Numbered from the stretch's first letter, positions 38,538 through 53,635 are shown. The stretch is 64,000 nucleotides of DNA from Lingula anatina (GCA_051362555.1 CM120642.1:1302001-1366000), one strand, 5' to 3'. Numbers and translations are program-made. Notes: generated by a model not told the origin, from the sequence alone.

Positions 38538-41500
38538 TAACACAACATACAGATACAATCTTCATGCTCTAGACAAGTTTAGTCATCTTTTTTGTATCTA
38601 CTAAATCAAACCACAAAGATTTCACACAGAATTCAATTTACTATGTAATCACTATGCCTAATTAATTGATTTTCTTTCCATAACCATAGTTTTCTCCTGA
38701 AATCAGTAGTTCATCAAAGGAATCCTCAATTCCATACATGTAACTTAACAGAACCCCCATTCTGATATCAAAATTAACTTGCCCTTCAGTCAATCTATAT
38801 CTATGCCTTTCTTTGTGAGGCTGACAAAAAAGGAAGACTTAACATAGCAATTGTTATTTTTATCTACAGATTTTCTGATGTCTGGCAAATCTGTTAACAT
38901 GGAATTCAAGCAACATATTTATCAATCATTTTCATATACCAAGCAACATTCACCACCTCCTCCTAAATAATGGGGTTTAAAAATATATAACGGAAAAACA
39001 GTTTCCTTTTCATGGCACCTAGTTGTCATGACATTGCATAAGGTTAGGCCAGTCTGTCATCACCACATGGCAAGCACATGTTCTTCATGCCTTTCTCTCT
39101 CTCTCTCTCTCTGTACAGATATCACATGTACTTCTTCTTGACACTGCGTACTGGTTAAGAAAAACTGATAAAAACTTCGATGAAAACTGTGGAGAATTGT
39201 CAGTTTGTCATTGTAGAAAATGGGCAGAAAAACAAACAGAAAATTTAGAAAAGAGATCCCCAAAATTTTGACTACCAATTTTCTGTCCTTATCTATCTCA
39301 TTTTCATTTCTCAAAAAATAAAAGAGAAAGAGAGAGAGAAGGGTGGGGTTTAAGCTCAAGTCACTGTCAATATTACAATTACAGAGAAACATTTTCAATT
39401 TCAGGCAATTACAATCATATAGAAACATTTTCTACATTTATATAGAGTCATTAACCCCCCCCCCTTCCCGTCAGCATTTGTTCTTAACTTATTAAGTATA
39501 AATTATTATTTTTATTATTATTATCATTATTATTATTTATAAATTATTTCCATCTGTATTTGTTGAAGACATTTTCACCTTTCCTAAACTCACACAATAC
39601 ACTCAGTTGTGTCAAAACTTGTTCAAGAGACTGCTCTTAGCATGAGCCCCCTACTCTCATAAAAGTTAACATGGGCGGGTGTGCTGGTTTCTATCACAGG
39701 ATAATTGGAGAATAAACCCCAAGTTAGAGTGATCAATCAGTGTTGTAAAGCCATTAGTCAAATTCACCACTGGAATCTCAAAATAGGAACGCTTTTTGTA
39801 CACGCCTCTCTTTACAACTGGTGGACCAGACGCCTCAGTTAAACATGTACAGAGTGAAAATGATGCTCCCTCTTCACTGACACAGGCTAATTTTTTAGTC
39901 TAACTAGCAAAAATAGTATTTATTTACTTAGCAGAATATAAAATTTTTACAACATAGGTCATGGACTTTTGAAAATATGCATTGAAAATTATTGAAATAA
40001 AAAGCTAATATCTGCTTTTATATAAAAACAAATGTGAGGCAATAAAGATCTATATCATAATACATACTGTTAATTTACTTATCAGAAATTTACTATCAGC
40101 AAGGGACTATTACATAAAGAATGACACTTTTACTGTAATAATATCTTAACCACCCTTTAATTATATCTTTAAATAAGATAAAAACAGCAATTATTTCCAT
40201 ACCAAAACAGCAATATGATGAAAATTATCTCAGGGTACCCAATTTTCATACCTGATAGACAAAAGAAATGTCACTTATATTTACACAACCTAAAATCTTT
40301 CTGAATCCAAAGTCCAGAAATCTCCACTTAACATTAATTGGATGTGTATTGTTCAACAACGCTGAAATCTCTGTTTTAAATCTCTGTAACTTCAGACAAA
40401 TGAAAAATTAAATTGGTCTGTACTTCTGTGACAAATTACAGTGCCGGATAAAACACAAAAACATTCTCCAGACTGTGAAACAAATATACATGGAATACAG
40501 ACAGTGGCAGTCCAGAAAGGGCACCAGGGCAAAATGATTTTTTGTCACCCTGGAAAAGTATCCAGAATATTTGACTCTGATAAAAATAATCCTTTTTTCA
40601 TAGAAATCACAGATATTTCATAATTGCAATTTCTATTATAAAACAAATAATATCCCAGGCTTGCTTTTCCTAAGTGAAGTATAATCTCATCTTCTACAGA
40701 ACAAAAGTGTCTCCCAGTTGGTCATTGGAAGCCATCATTAGTACTGTACAAAATATCTGATTTATATATTCATGCACAATACTTAGAGTTCTGTTTTGAT
40801 AATTAATTTTCTCACTTTCAAATCAGTGCCTAGAATTATGCAAATAACAGAGCAACAGGGAAGATTATTATCAATTAAGCCATCTGATTGTTCTTAGTGA
40901 TAAGGAATGTAATCAATTGGAGATATACAGCTTAAGGGCCACATGAACTGTTAGGAGCCAGAACAATGAATAATCAATTAGTCTTCTTGATGATAAGGCA
41001 TACAGTGTGTGTGTGGCTAGGATTACACAGCTTTGGGGCCATGGTACTTAACTTTGAAGAGACTTGACTGGCTGTTTACTGAGTGTTTGTGGAACAGCTG
41101 TGGTCAATCTCAAGCCTTGTTTAAGACCAGGAGAGAGACAAGTAAATACCAACCAATTGTTCTTCAGTCCAACACAATAGGGGCAGATTTACACCAGTAT
41201 TTGTTCCCTAAATTCCAGATGTCTGTGACTTATCTCACCTCCAATGTTCAGTTGTGTGGGAGTCTCCCTGTTATGTAATACAGTTAAGGACTTGTTCATG
41301 GGTTTGTTTGTCTGCCAAGAAAGCTGACCAACATGCTATGTACCCCCTCCTCTCTCTCTCTCCCTCCCTCCATCTCTCTCTCAGTCTCTTTTTCACTTTC
41401 TCTCATTCTACATTTCTTTCTCTCGTTTTAGTCAAAGAAGAGTTTGGAATGATATTTATCTTACATTTTGTATTAGACTGTTGGCCACTTAAACTTAGGA

Positions 41501-42404
41501 CTCTTTGCCATCAAGTTCTGCATCTTTTACTCTTTTTTAACAACTTTAGTGTATAATCTCTACCTCAGGGTTTCTTTTAACATCAACTAATGTAGTTGAA
41601 ACTTAACTAAAGCTCACTCTTTTTAAGAGCAACTGTCAAAGAATTACTCTGCTTTATGTCAGTCCATCAGTGAAGTTCTGCACTTAACTTTCTTGTCCCT
41701 AAAGAAGCATAGAGATGTTGTTCTAGTTTCCATGGTCTTGTTTTCACACTAGTCTAATCTAAGAACAACTTAACACACTGCAAGAACCAAGCATGGAAAT
41801 GTAGATAAAATTTAAGGTCCTTGTACCCACTCACCTTACCAGACAAAGTCCAACAACTCGGATCACAGTGAAAGTAGTAATCCAGAAAAAGCATTCACAC
41901 TAAAGTCCTAAATTTCCAAATGGACTGATCTTCAGCTTTTCTGGCACTTATGTCTGCAGGCTCCTTTGCCTTCTGCCCAAGTCTTTCTGAAATACCCTCT
42001 TAAATTGAACCTGCACTTTTGAGTCAGTCTGTAAGTTGTGGGCTTACTCTATTTGTCACTTAGTTCCATCCTCAGCACTAAGATTTTAAAATTAAATTTC
42101 TATTTGGTAACAATTAATACCCAACTTGATGACTGACTGCCTCTGAATCCTTCATCTGGGATTGTCCAAGCTGTCTGCTTCAGCCTCAGGAAGAGTTCAT
42201 CTTTAAGACCATATGGGAATGGCCAAAAAAACACACTTTTGTTTTTACCACATGGATGGCATAAAATATATCTCATAACCCCATTTGATAATTGAATAAA
42301 GTACAAAGGATGTTGCAGGCTATGATTTATAGAGAGATCAATGACATTAGTTGGTGTTGAGTCAAGATAAAAGCAACCACATCCCCCTCCTGAGGGAGTT
42401 GGAA

Positions 42405-42540
42405 TGACCTGACCTTTTCATTCCAAGGTCAGAGGTCACCCAGTAATCCCTCCTGCCATTACCTCTGTAAACAGAACACTGGAGACCAAATGAGTAACAA
42501 TGTCCATGTTTGGGTCACTTGGGTCACTAATCCTTGGTCA
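42405..42540. promoter_or_regulatory. Cluster of nuclear-receptor half-sites (DR1 and DR3)
   Basis: TGACCTGACCT (42405), AGGTCA-G-AGGTCA (42426-42438) and GGGTCA-CTT-GGGTCA (42512-42526). Confidence 0.4.
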
Positions 42541-45500
42541 ATAAAACTGAAATGGACACACACTGACCAATGCGTTGAACAAAAGATGGAGAAAGTGGAA
42601 AGTTATGGGATTAAATTAAAGATTACCTAACACAACTTTACCCCTAAGTGAAAGACATTATTCCATTCTCTTCTCAGTTAATTTGGAAAAGTTTTGACTT
42701 TAATTATTCAATTGGGTTTCAATCCTTTCCTTTGAGAGCTTTGTGGGTTTCTATTCTAAACACAAGTGGTCTATGGTGGCATTATAATTAACCAAACAGA
42801 AACAGATTAGCCAGCTTCAATAAATGTGCATTATAAAAGAGATCCCTAACTGCTCTGAGTTTCTATCAATATTGAAACTTAAACAGCTGCATTTTGTACA
42901 CATCTGTAGGATACAACTTTGTTATATTAAAATTAATGGAGCTGCTTTTGGTCTTAATCTGAGAAAACTTTCATTATAATGATTCAGTTTTTGGATAACC
43001 TTTTATGTGAACTCAAAGCAAAACTGATGTTTCTAAAAAATTGAAACAAACTAAGGTTTTTGTGCAAAAAATAATAAATAAACTGTCACTTCAGATTTCA
43101 AGAATACATTTGATAACTTTTACTCAAGAGTCACAATCAGTTAAATGTCAGTAGGCAAAAAATACTGAAGAATCTTTGACAAAAATTAATATGAAAATGG
43201 CAAAAGAATCTCATCATTGTAGTAGTATTTCCTGATAGTAAACATGACAAGTTGCAAACTTCAAACAAACAGATAAAAGCATCCATCTCTCAGCCAGGCC
43301 TGCCTACAGGTGAACCCTTCTTAAAAATCTCTTTGATGTCAAAATAAATATTTTGCACTCTTGCATATGTCCTATTTACAGTAGGCATACAGGGCTGGCT
43401 TCCTCCAATGAATCATGAGTCAAAAGCCGAAGGAGCCATGTTTTCTCAGCAATAAAACGCAAATAAAAGTCACGGGACATCTTCTCTGGTGTCCCCTGCA
43501 ATGTGTTTCCACTCGGCTGACTCAGCGCTGAGGAACGAGCAGTGAAAGTGAGGGGATGCTATGTCAGAATACAAATATTTATGTAACCTTTCTACATGTG
43601 TATTCTATTAAGAAAATATCTATCATTATTAAAATAATTTTTATACATCCATAAATCAAGAAAAGTGTATCTACATTTCAGGTAACCAATACTGAAATGC
43701 AAGTGTTAAAACGACACTTTACCATTATCATTTTCATCTCTTTTTATAAATTTTTTTAAATATTTTATTGTATATCTACTTTTGTACATTCATTTCTTTC
43801 AGTGGTAAAGAAGAAACTGCAATATTTATATTTAACATATTATTCCAATTTTTGCAATTTTCTTAAAAAAAAATATCAGTTCTTATGTCAGACCATTTCT
43901 TATCTAATCTTTTCAGATCAATTTTGTGAGGGAGGAAAAGGGTGGACTTCCAAATTTCTTCCGGTTACCAATGAGAGGCACGCCTGAAAAAATGCTTAAA
44001 GTTAAGTTAAGTGGGCCTTCCAACCATAGAGTCCTTAGATCCGACCCAAGTGCAGTCAACCACTTAAAACCATGCTCATTACCAAGGGGCTGGGATTTTT
44101 AATGAGGTGTCAAAATTCATAACTTTTTTTATGTGTCCCGCTGAGATGGGGGCGTACAGTAAGACATGTGCTGCTTGTGTTTCAATCATTTCAGCTACGG
44201 TCAACCAAGTTACTGCCCTTTCAACTTGTGACACTGGGAGAATTAACTGAGGACAATTTGTAAACACAATTTTCCTTTGACTTGATATTGAGCTTGTAAA
44301 ACACAGAAGAGAATGGAATTACAGAAAATAATTTGTGAAAGCACATCTTTTACCAAAGACGGACAGCTTTGCAATTTAAATTTATTTTTCATTAAAGCAT
44401 GTATTACATGTATTTATTTTTACTGACATCGGAAGTGTATCAAAGAAATTATTTTTGTCATGAAAACTGCATTACAATAAACTATGCCCAATTTTCAAAA
44501 AACAACAATAAACCCATAAAGAAAGTCTAACTGTTGACAAAACGCTGCAGTTTTGCAGATGTTGGGGGAAGGCGGAAGTGTCACAAACAGCTCTAAAGCA
44601 CAAATTTTTTAAGATCAAAAAGATTTACTAATGAGGTGCAACAGTTTTCACAAATATTTCTTTTTTCTACTGAAATGACTTTGCATGTTTTTAATATGAT
44701 AAATAGATGGTAGGGGGTTTCAAAGTAAAATTCTGGCCAAAGAGAAATGAAAAGAGCTTAAGTTTATAAGCACTCTACTGAAAGCGTTTTATAGACTTTC
44801 GATTAGTATTCTATTATTGTTGCACTATGTACTTTGTTATTAAAACACACTGGGCTGATTAATAATAAAATTAAAATACCCATCATTAGTAGTAGATGTC
44901 TGTACTGTTCAACATGCAAATATCATTTCCAATTTTGCCCAAACCATCTCCCATGAAAAAGAGTGAGAGAGAAAGAAATCCACAGATCCAAAAAGCAAGA
45001 TGTCCATGGATGTGAAACACGATAGAAACCAACAAAGAAGTCTTGAACCTTTTGTAAATAGTTTAGATTTAAGTACATAAGCAAATAAAATATTTTTGTG
45101 ACTTGGTATGTGGAAGAAGGCTTGGCTGCATGTTGAATATATGCATTCATAGGAAAAGGGGGGAGTTGACTATCAAGTGCTTTGCCCACTTCAACAGCTA
45201 TTTTGAATTTCTATAAAAGTTTCCTAAAATATGAGTCAGTTGTTGATCAATTCAAAGCGGAAATACACATGAATCATAATCTCTATAATCTTCTCGTAGT
45301 ACGTACAAAAAGGATAACGCTGTATCTTCAAAGGTACAGTATCGCAGGCGTTACGATGTGCAAACATGATTGGTCAACAAATGACTAACTTTTATCAAAC
45401 GACAAGTGCGCTAGAATGCTGGTTGGTCAGAATCAATTTCTGGATAATGGGATAATCATGAGATGCAACTTCTGCATTGTCAGTATATTTGTTGTGGTTT

Positions 45501-46718
45501 AATTTTTTTCTGTAAATAATGTTATCTTATTGAATACATGTGTCTTAAAATTAATACCACTGAAACCATAAATTTAACAGCTTCATTCTTATGCTTATTT
45601 TCAATTCATAATATGCTTCCTTAGGTACACAGTAAAAATAATGCTATTTAAAATTGGCATATTCTTGGTCATTTTATCCCAGTGGTACATTCCACCATTT
45701 CTTTATCTCTGAATACTTATTTCAAACTTAATGAGTATAAAACACTTTATCACGCAGAAAAAAAGATCCTTGTGATAACCTCAAACTTACTCGACTTCAA
45801 TCATCAGTATTTCCCAGTGAAAACCTCAAAAAGCATGTTAAACGCAATTCTCCTGCAGTATTATATTTCCAGAAACTATTTTGCTTGACATTATCTTTAA
45901 CAAAATATCTCCTCTCTGAGCAGCAGACTGTGCCAGATCTTGTTCCTTTCTGAATTCTTCGGGCAGGTTCGGGACATACTGTTAATGGTCAGACTAAGAT
46001 TATGACAGGATCGGCAGCTGGGGGAAGAAATTATTACCATGCCTAACAAAACTCAAAAGAACTCCACAGAAAAAATAACTGTGTGAACTCATCCATGATC
46101 ATATCTGAACTGTTCACCTGGTAGCCCTGTTGGTGTTGATGTAGGTACATGTTATTGTCCAAAAATATACAACTTGGAGATCCTCACACTGCCTTGCTTT
46201 CCCTCCTTGCCAGACAGCACAGCTACAGTGTGAGCGTGTATATTCTACCGAGGAATTTTATCTCAAAAGGCCTCTTGTACCTCCTTGATTCTACACATAT
46301 TATGGTTAAGTTCCAATATCTTTCATAATTTATTTACTTATATATGACAGACAGGCAAACAGAAGACAGACCGGTGGGCAAGCGAGTCAAACAAACAAAC
46401 AGACAGACAGCCAAGCAGACCTTCACACCTGGTTTTAATTTTATCTCTAAATTTAGGATATAATAACTAAAAGGTTTTTCATTACTTCTTTAATATTTTT
46501 TCTCAATCATAATTTATCTCTGTACCATGTTTGCAGTGATCCAAGACTGTCTATCACTTTGTTGGTACAGAAGAGGAACAGATGCTCCTCACTGGGTTGT
46601 TATCCCATTCATCCCCTGATATCAAAGACCAAAGCTTTTAAAGATGCGAACCTTCAAGCTGAACTCTTGTGTGAGGTTCCATCAACCCCTCTGATAAATG
46701 TTAATAAATGATTGTTAT

Positions 46719-47072
46719 GTTATTTCTTCCACTGTTTAATTTCACATATGTTTGAAACATTTTTTTTAATTTAAATGTTTTATTATAGAACATTTCCCCC
46801 ACAAATAATAGTTATTGTCTTTGTTTAAAACAACCCAAATGCACAAATTTTTTTTTTTTTTTATTGACACAATACTTCACAAAAGCAAATGCACAAATTA
46901 ATTAATTAGTTATTTCTTCCAGTGTCTAATATCAGAGATGTTCAAAACATCCTTTTTTATGGCAGCAATTTATTTTTCATATGAGAATTACCCCCCCCCC
47001 CCCCCCCAAAAAAAAAAAAAAATCACAATTATTCCCTTTGCCTATTAAAACAAGCCAAATGCACAACTTAAT
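46719..47072. repeat. Degenerate tandem duplication, period ~190 bp
   Basis: GTTATTTCTTCCA at 46719 and 46909. TAAAACAA.CCAAATGCACAA occurs in both units. Confidence 0.7.
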
Positions 47073-50000
47073 ACTTCATTTCCTGCAATCTATGTATTTT
47101 CCATGTTTGGGATCTGAATATGTATATGCATTTAGATTATGTCACACATTCAGTCGCGGACCATAGAGATATCAGTTTTACACAAAATCAGGCATTTGTT
47201 TCAAGTCGGCTAAGTGACATATCAACAGTTTCTTGCCATCTGTGTCTTTCCCTGTTCCAGATTAAGGTATTTATAAATGGATTAAGTCACAAATGCATTC
47301 TCAGACTATAGAGGTATCACTTTAAAACAAATGCAGGCATTTTGAAAATGGAAAATTTGATATTGCTGGATGTGAGGATATTCCCAAGCTTTCTGCCTGA
47401 CTAAATATCTGATGAAGCGGAGGACGTGAACTTCCTTCAGACAAAGCACGGTCACATTTGCCAGGCACAAGCCGATTTCATGGCAAAAATATGATGAAAA
47501 TTAAACTAAAGTTTCAAATTTAGGCATTTTTATATTTATAGAAAGAATTAGTTTTTTAAAAAGGGTTTAAAATCAGATATTGTTACATTTTTTTCTTCGT
47601 CAAAAGCAAATTGCTCATTTGTATTAAATTCACACTCTCAGTACCATGGTTCGCAACCTAAAGACATAAAAGTTTAGTCTACCAGTGATTTAACCCAAAA
47701 GTAAATTATAAGGAAAGTATTTTAATTAAGAAACAGATGATCCTGTGGCATCCTTTTAAGTTCTGTTAGGCTAATAAGTATTAATAATATTTAATTAAAA
47801 CCTCTATTAAGACCCAATACCTGGTAGACAGGTATAGCTGGGGGGCACTTGTTCTCATACCTGTAATCTGGTGTGAACAGGAAATACCCATGTTAATGAT
47901 GAGCTGAGTTATGGTTGGTTGGATAAATATCCTCGCCCTCCGCCTCTCCCCCTCCGCCCCTCAAATCTACAGAACAATTCGCCATGATTGGGAGATACCT
48001 GTACTCTGTACCCTCTACCACAGTCCACCAGAGTGATGACATTAATTCTGTGCAAAACTCTGTGCTGGACAGTACAGAAATGACCATGGATTTAGCCACA
48101 GAAATCTATGAATATCTGGTGAAAAACCAATCTCCATCCCCTGCAGAGGGTACTCACTCGCTGTGGTTGCAATTACATTGGGTCAGCTTATCTCAGAATA
48201 GATATACCATACATTTTTTCATCTATATTGCCTCTCTAATTTTACAGATTCTCTGTATAAGCTCAAGGTGGTCCTAAACCTCTATTTGACAGTAGTCTTA
48301 TGTATCCCACACAGGTAGAAACAGCAGGTTCTCTACTTATGCAGGTATACCAGAGAGGGGCGTGGCACAGGTACAAGTTACACAAATACCTATTATGCTA
48401 GTCAGTGCCATAGCTGTTCTCTTTGAAAAGAACATCTCTCTAATGTCAAATCTCCACCTTTTCACTGCTAATATTTTCCTACCATTTTAACTATCATATA
48501 ACCTTATGGTTATATTAATTTGACATGAGCAGAAATAAACATGTTGATTAAATATTTGTCATCATAACTGTCTGTCATCTACGCGTGTGCATACTTAAAT
48601 AATAACCCTTCCCTCCATTAAAATATTAATAAATATTGATTTCAAAGCCAACAACTGATTTCAGATTTTGAAATTCTTACCTTTTACTAATTCCTTATTT
48701 CAAACTGACCACCAAATGTGACACATTTAGCAAGTGATTCAGCTCAGCAGATAATTCCTTAAAATCCTTAAAATTCTTGGTTAAACTTACTGCTAAAACC
48801 AAGTTCACTGACAACCTACCTCAAGCCAAGTGTTGTAAATTAAATCTCAATCTGTCAGGTACCTCCAGTTAAAGGTGGGACCATACCAGTTGCGGAACAG
48901 TAATGGGATTTCATATTACTTGCTTGCTCTAATTGAAGAGTTAGTAGGGCAGTGTTAGAGATAGACAGTGTAAGGGTAATGTTCCAAGTCAGTAGGATTG
49001 CTGCAAAACATGCAATTTTCTCTTTAAATGTTTTTTTTTTTTTTTTTTTTTTTGGTAATTGTGCTGGACAACTGCATAGTTGTAATGGGGAAATAGTGAT
49101 AAAATGCGCAAAATTATAATCTTTCAAGAAAGTATATAAGATAACAGAGAGAATGCAGTGTATGAAGACTAAAATCAATGAAAATTTTATGTTGAGTATT
49201 TCATTTCAACAGCTTGTAACATGAAGTTTTGTCTTTTTATTGTAACAGTAAGAGTGCAATTTTCTTTGTCATCAAGGATGCAACATATGTCATATTTATT
49301 GTATTTATCATTACATTTTTTAAAAATTCTTTTCATTGTAAATACCTGTCACGTGGTTGTTAATTATTTTCTATAAGTGTAATACTTAGAAAGTAAAAGG
49401 TGTTTCCTCTTATACTAAAGAACAAATCGGCTTAACACAAACACCTTTTACTCAGCATAAACAGAACTTTGAATGCCCTGTTTAACAGCTGAAAAAACAA
49501 TGCAAAAGTATTTGGTAATTATGTCACAATTACTCCTAATAATAAACAGTAGGAAACTCCACCCGCCCTTGGCAATTGCAGCACCATCATGTTACATAAG
49601 ATGACACAGGTGGCTGAAGGTATCCAATGAGCCGTGGTCAGACTCACTGAACTGGTCATCAGTCTATCAACAGTAGAATGAGTTCACAATTAAAAATATG
49701 AAAATCACTTATCAAAAGAAAAAAAACTTCAATTGGAAAGGATTGACGACCCTAGGTTTTTACATTAATTTAAAAGTATAAATGTGTTTCTTCTCCGTTG
49801 TCAGCTGGGAACTTTGTTTGATGGGTCCTAGATGTCTGGTATAAAAAAGCCTTTAAACAAAATGCAGAGGCATTAAACTTTTCCAAAAACTACATACCTG
49901 GTTGAAAGATCAAAGGTGTTAAAGCCCCCCTAACCTTAACTTGACACAGGGCAAGGTCTGGCTTATATAATGTGGAAGCAAATAAAAAGCTTGCTGACAG

Positions 50001-53000
50001 AATCACAACAGTTAACTGATTGTGGTCATCAATTCTTAACTTTATGACTTGGGCATATGATGACACTGCAAACAACTGAATTCAAGTCAGCAGTTTTTTT
50101 TTAATTCATTACATTTCATTTTTTATTTTTTCAGGAAACAGGATATGTTTTTCTAATGAGTAATTAAATAATGTACGGTAAAACTGTGTTTTTATAATGC
50201 GTAAGTTAAGAGTCAGTGATAAAAATGTGAAAGTTTGAAACAATGCCCAAATTGCAAATATAAAGCTGGGAGATAAAAAGAGAACATTCAGCCATCCTTA
50301 TTTTGACTAAAGTAAAACTTCAACATCAGCTGCTGTTTTGTTTCACTTCTTTATGCTGAAGTTTGAAAACTTGAACCCAAAGATGAACATGTTTCTTAAT
50401 TTTGCTATCACACCTCTCTTCTATTTGTTGTTTATGTATTTTCATTAAAAAACAACCAAATTATGAGAGACAGCTTGGATCATCACTTATCTCAAAGCAT
50501 CTTTCCTCATAGCTATATGTTAAAAAAATATTTTTCTATCTACCACTGCTTTCTTTTAATAAAAACCCACATATGGTTTAAAAATGACATATCTACTTTT
50601 TAAAAAAAGTAATACATAAGACAGCCAATTTAGCACATGTTTGTTTCTCTCCATCTATAAAACCTCTGGATGGGAATTATTATCTGATTTTCTACAGGTT
50701 ACACTAGGCTATAATTCTACACCTTTCAGAGTCAGTCTCACAGCGGGCGTGGCTACACCTCTGCTGGAGACTGAAGTTTTAGCTCAGGACATGGTGGTGT
50801 TATCTGCTCTTTTACCCCTGAAGCTGGATTAACTGTTTTAAACACTTCAGTTTTTCTCAGAATGGAATTTAATCAACCTATTCAATCCTAACAGCTACGT
50901 TCAGAGTGGTCTAATATCAGCAAAATGGATCAGTGGGTTCATGTCAGATATAACCTTTCACTTTTGGACCAGGACATTTTAAGAAATTCAATTTTGTCTT
51001 TTTTTACTTAATTTGCCTGAGAGCAAGCTAAATTAATATCTTTTTTAGTTATCACTGCAAAGATACAATTACAGATTTGACTTTATATTCTATATCTTTC
51101 ATGGATGGATAAACAGCTAAGGGGAAGGTGAGATGGAAGGAAAGAAGGATGAGAGGGATACCAGTATATTGTAAGAACTTGGACATAATAATGAATTCGT
51201 AATTTTGTCCATGGTAAGAGGCACCAGAGATGCAAGGAAAGAAGACTGGGCAATACTTAGGAGATAATGGAATTAAATTAGGAACAGCTCGTGACAATAA
51301 GTAACCAACCCCCTTTCTTTCAAAATAGGTTACTGTTTTGGTCAGACTTCTAAAAATTATTAATCAATTGCAAAGAAATCAAGTCAATATTCATTCAAGA
51401 ACAACACAACAAATTTCACTTTTCATACAAAAATTGAACTTACTTGTCTAGAAAATAGAATCATATCCAACAGCAGGCACCTGCATGTAACTAAGATCTC
51501 TTGCTTGTTCTTCTTTGGGTGATATCAAACCTACAAGTAAAAGATAAAACATTAAGGGTGATTTCAGAGAAAAGATTTAAATTTACAATACAGATGATCA
51601 GTATCAGTGATGATTCAAAACTCAGTTACAGAACCCCTTACCATTCACATTCCAAACACACACACTTTTATGTACACCTCCATAATATTAGCAAGAGTAC
51701 ACAGCTATTCTGGCTAGACTTACTCTCCCAGGCTAGTTAACTTTTTTATCTCTTCCATACAAAAAGTCGGACAACTTTCATAATTGGTGCCATGTGCATA
51801 CCTGTACCTGTACACCTTCACAAGAATGTTAAAAGCCTTTCCTCTCTACGTTTACAAATTATCTACCCATAGAGTCAAAATAATGATTTCAAAATCGCAA
51901 GTTAAATATTGGTGTCACACAAGTTAACAAAAATGGCATAAATAAATAAATAAATATTTTTTGTAACCGATGCCTCAATGACATACAGATTCAAGTATAA
52001 GAAGACAACACTCCTAGTAGACTACAATACAATAACACTTACATGTATCTACATGATAACCATATGCTTAAGATATATATCTCAAGCAACTTTTCCCTTA
52101 AAAAAATGACTAGGTGCAAATCATTGTCTGCTCATCGCACCCAAGAACTGACCATAATGAACACAAAACAATACCTTATTATTACACCCACAGGTAGAGG
52201 ACTCTACCTGACATAAGATATATGCAGCTTTACCTTTCCTCATTATATGACCACCAGCTGACCAGGTAAATTGCTCTAAATCTGGACTTTAAGACATTCC
52301 TACAAACTATTTATACCACACATATCTTAGCAAGGATCAAAGCTTTAAGTACTATACTACATCAACATCTAAAACGTCCCCACATCACAAGTTAGTTTTT
52401 ACTTAGCTTTCCTAGAGCAGTGTGGAAATTCCACGTCAGAATGATATCACTTCACCAATGCTTGCATCTCCTTTTGAACAGCCACTTCCTGACAAGCAGT
52501 TCCAAAATACATCAATTTTCACACTCACGGCCCAGGTGTAGGGAAACGTAAAACAAACAGCAACTTTTTTACCTGACATTTTGACCCTCTCCATCTTGGA
52601 CAGTTTCAGACTTAGCCAGTGCTTAATATATTCCCATCAGCTATTATATCAACACATACATTAATCATGTCTGGGGCCCCTCTAATTATCAATGAGCCAG
52701 TGGCGTGACTTTTTAACTTGTTTAATTCTGCCAAAGAGGTAACATTTTTGCTTTTGTTTCTTTTTAGTTAATACCCCAACTCAAAATGTTACAGACATAT
52801 TTTGATACAAATTTACAAAACAAAAGGACACAAAAACACATAAAGTTCATGTGAATAGTAAATGAAAGGCAGTGAAATTGTAGATCTGTAGCTCAATTTA
52901 TTTCTGACCTATGCCTAGGTTTAAGTTAATTATCACAGTGTTTAGAGGTGATTAATCAAAATGGAATTAATAACTGGATAATGATCCTACAGCATATTAC

Positions 53001-53182
53001 TATTGTAGCTTTTTCTCAATCAAAAAAAAAGAAAAAAAACATTATCGTAAAATAGTGCAAAACATTTTTGTGGTGGATAGTCACTATCAATGTTTCATAT
53101 CTGACCATGGGACAAAACACTGGACATAAGTTATTACATTCATTGTGCATGTCCACCCTATGGAGGGACAGATAGATGCATG

Positions 53183-53323
53183 GAGGCCCTCTCCTGGGTC
53201 TTCCGGAAGATGGTCAGAATATTTCAAGTGTACATTGAAAGTCATCTAACTTTTCTGTCCGAATGTGGTCAAAATGGAGGATGGATCAGCAAAGATAATT
53301 TGGAAGACTGTCAGAAAATATCT
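53183..53323 (+). repeat. Dispersed repeat, copy 1 (~140 bp)
   Basis: Shares CTGGGTCTTC..GAAGATGGTCAGAAT and AAAATGGAGGATGGATCA.CAAAGATAATTTGGAAGACTGTC with 57616-57751, in the same orientation. Confidence 0.85.
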
Positions 53324-53371
53324 CTATCTCCACCCCTGCTACAGATACTAATGGGAATTTTTTCCCAGCAT

Positions 53372-53635
53372 GAGCCCTGTAGACAGTGTGAGGAGGGGGG
53401 GCCTAAAAAACCACCCTTTTAGTCAGAAAATGTCCACTCTTAATCAAAACTTGATCTATGTACATATATATGTAGGTTCTATGCCATTTGTTAACCTGGA
53501 TCACCTATAGGGTATAAAAGATGAACCTTTTCAAAAATTAACTCCTTTTGAAATTAGTCCCTTTCTGACCAAAATGGTGGTTCTTTAAATGCTCACCCCC
53601 CCATCCCAAACACCCTTCCCCCTGCCAGCAAGCCT
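53372..53635. mobile_element. Degenerate palindromic derivative of the same element family
   Basis: Inverted arms AACCACCCTTTTAGTCAGAAA (53409) and TTTCTGACCAAAATGGTGGTT (53562), with G-rich left and C-rich right ends. Confidence 0.5.
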
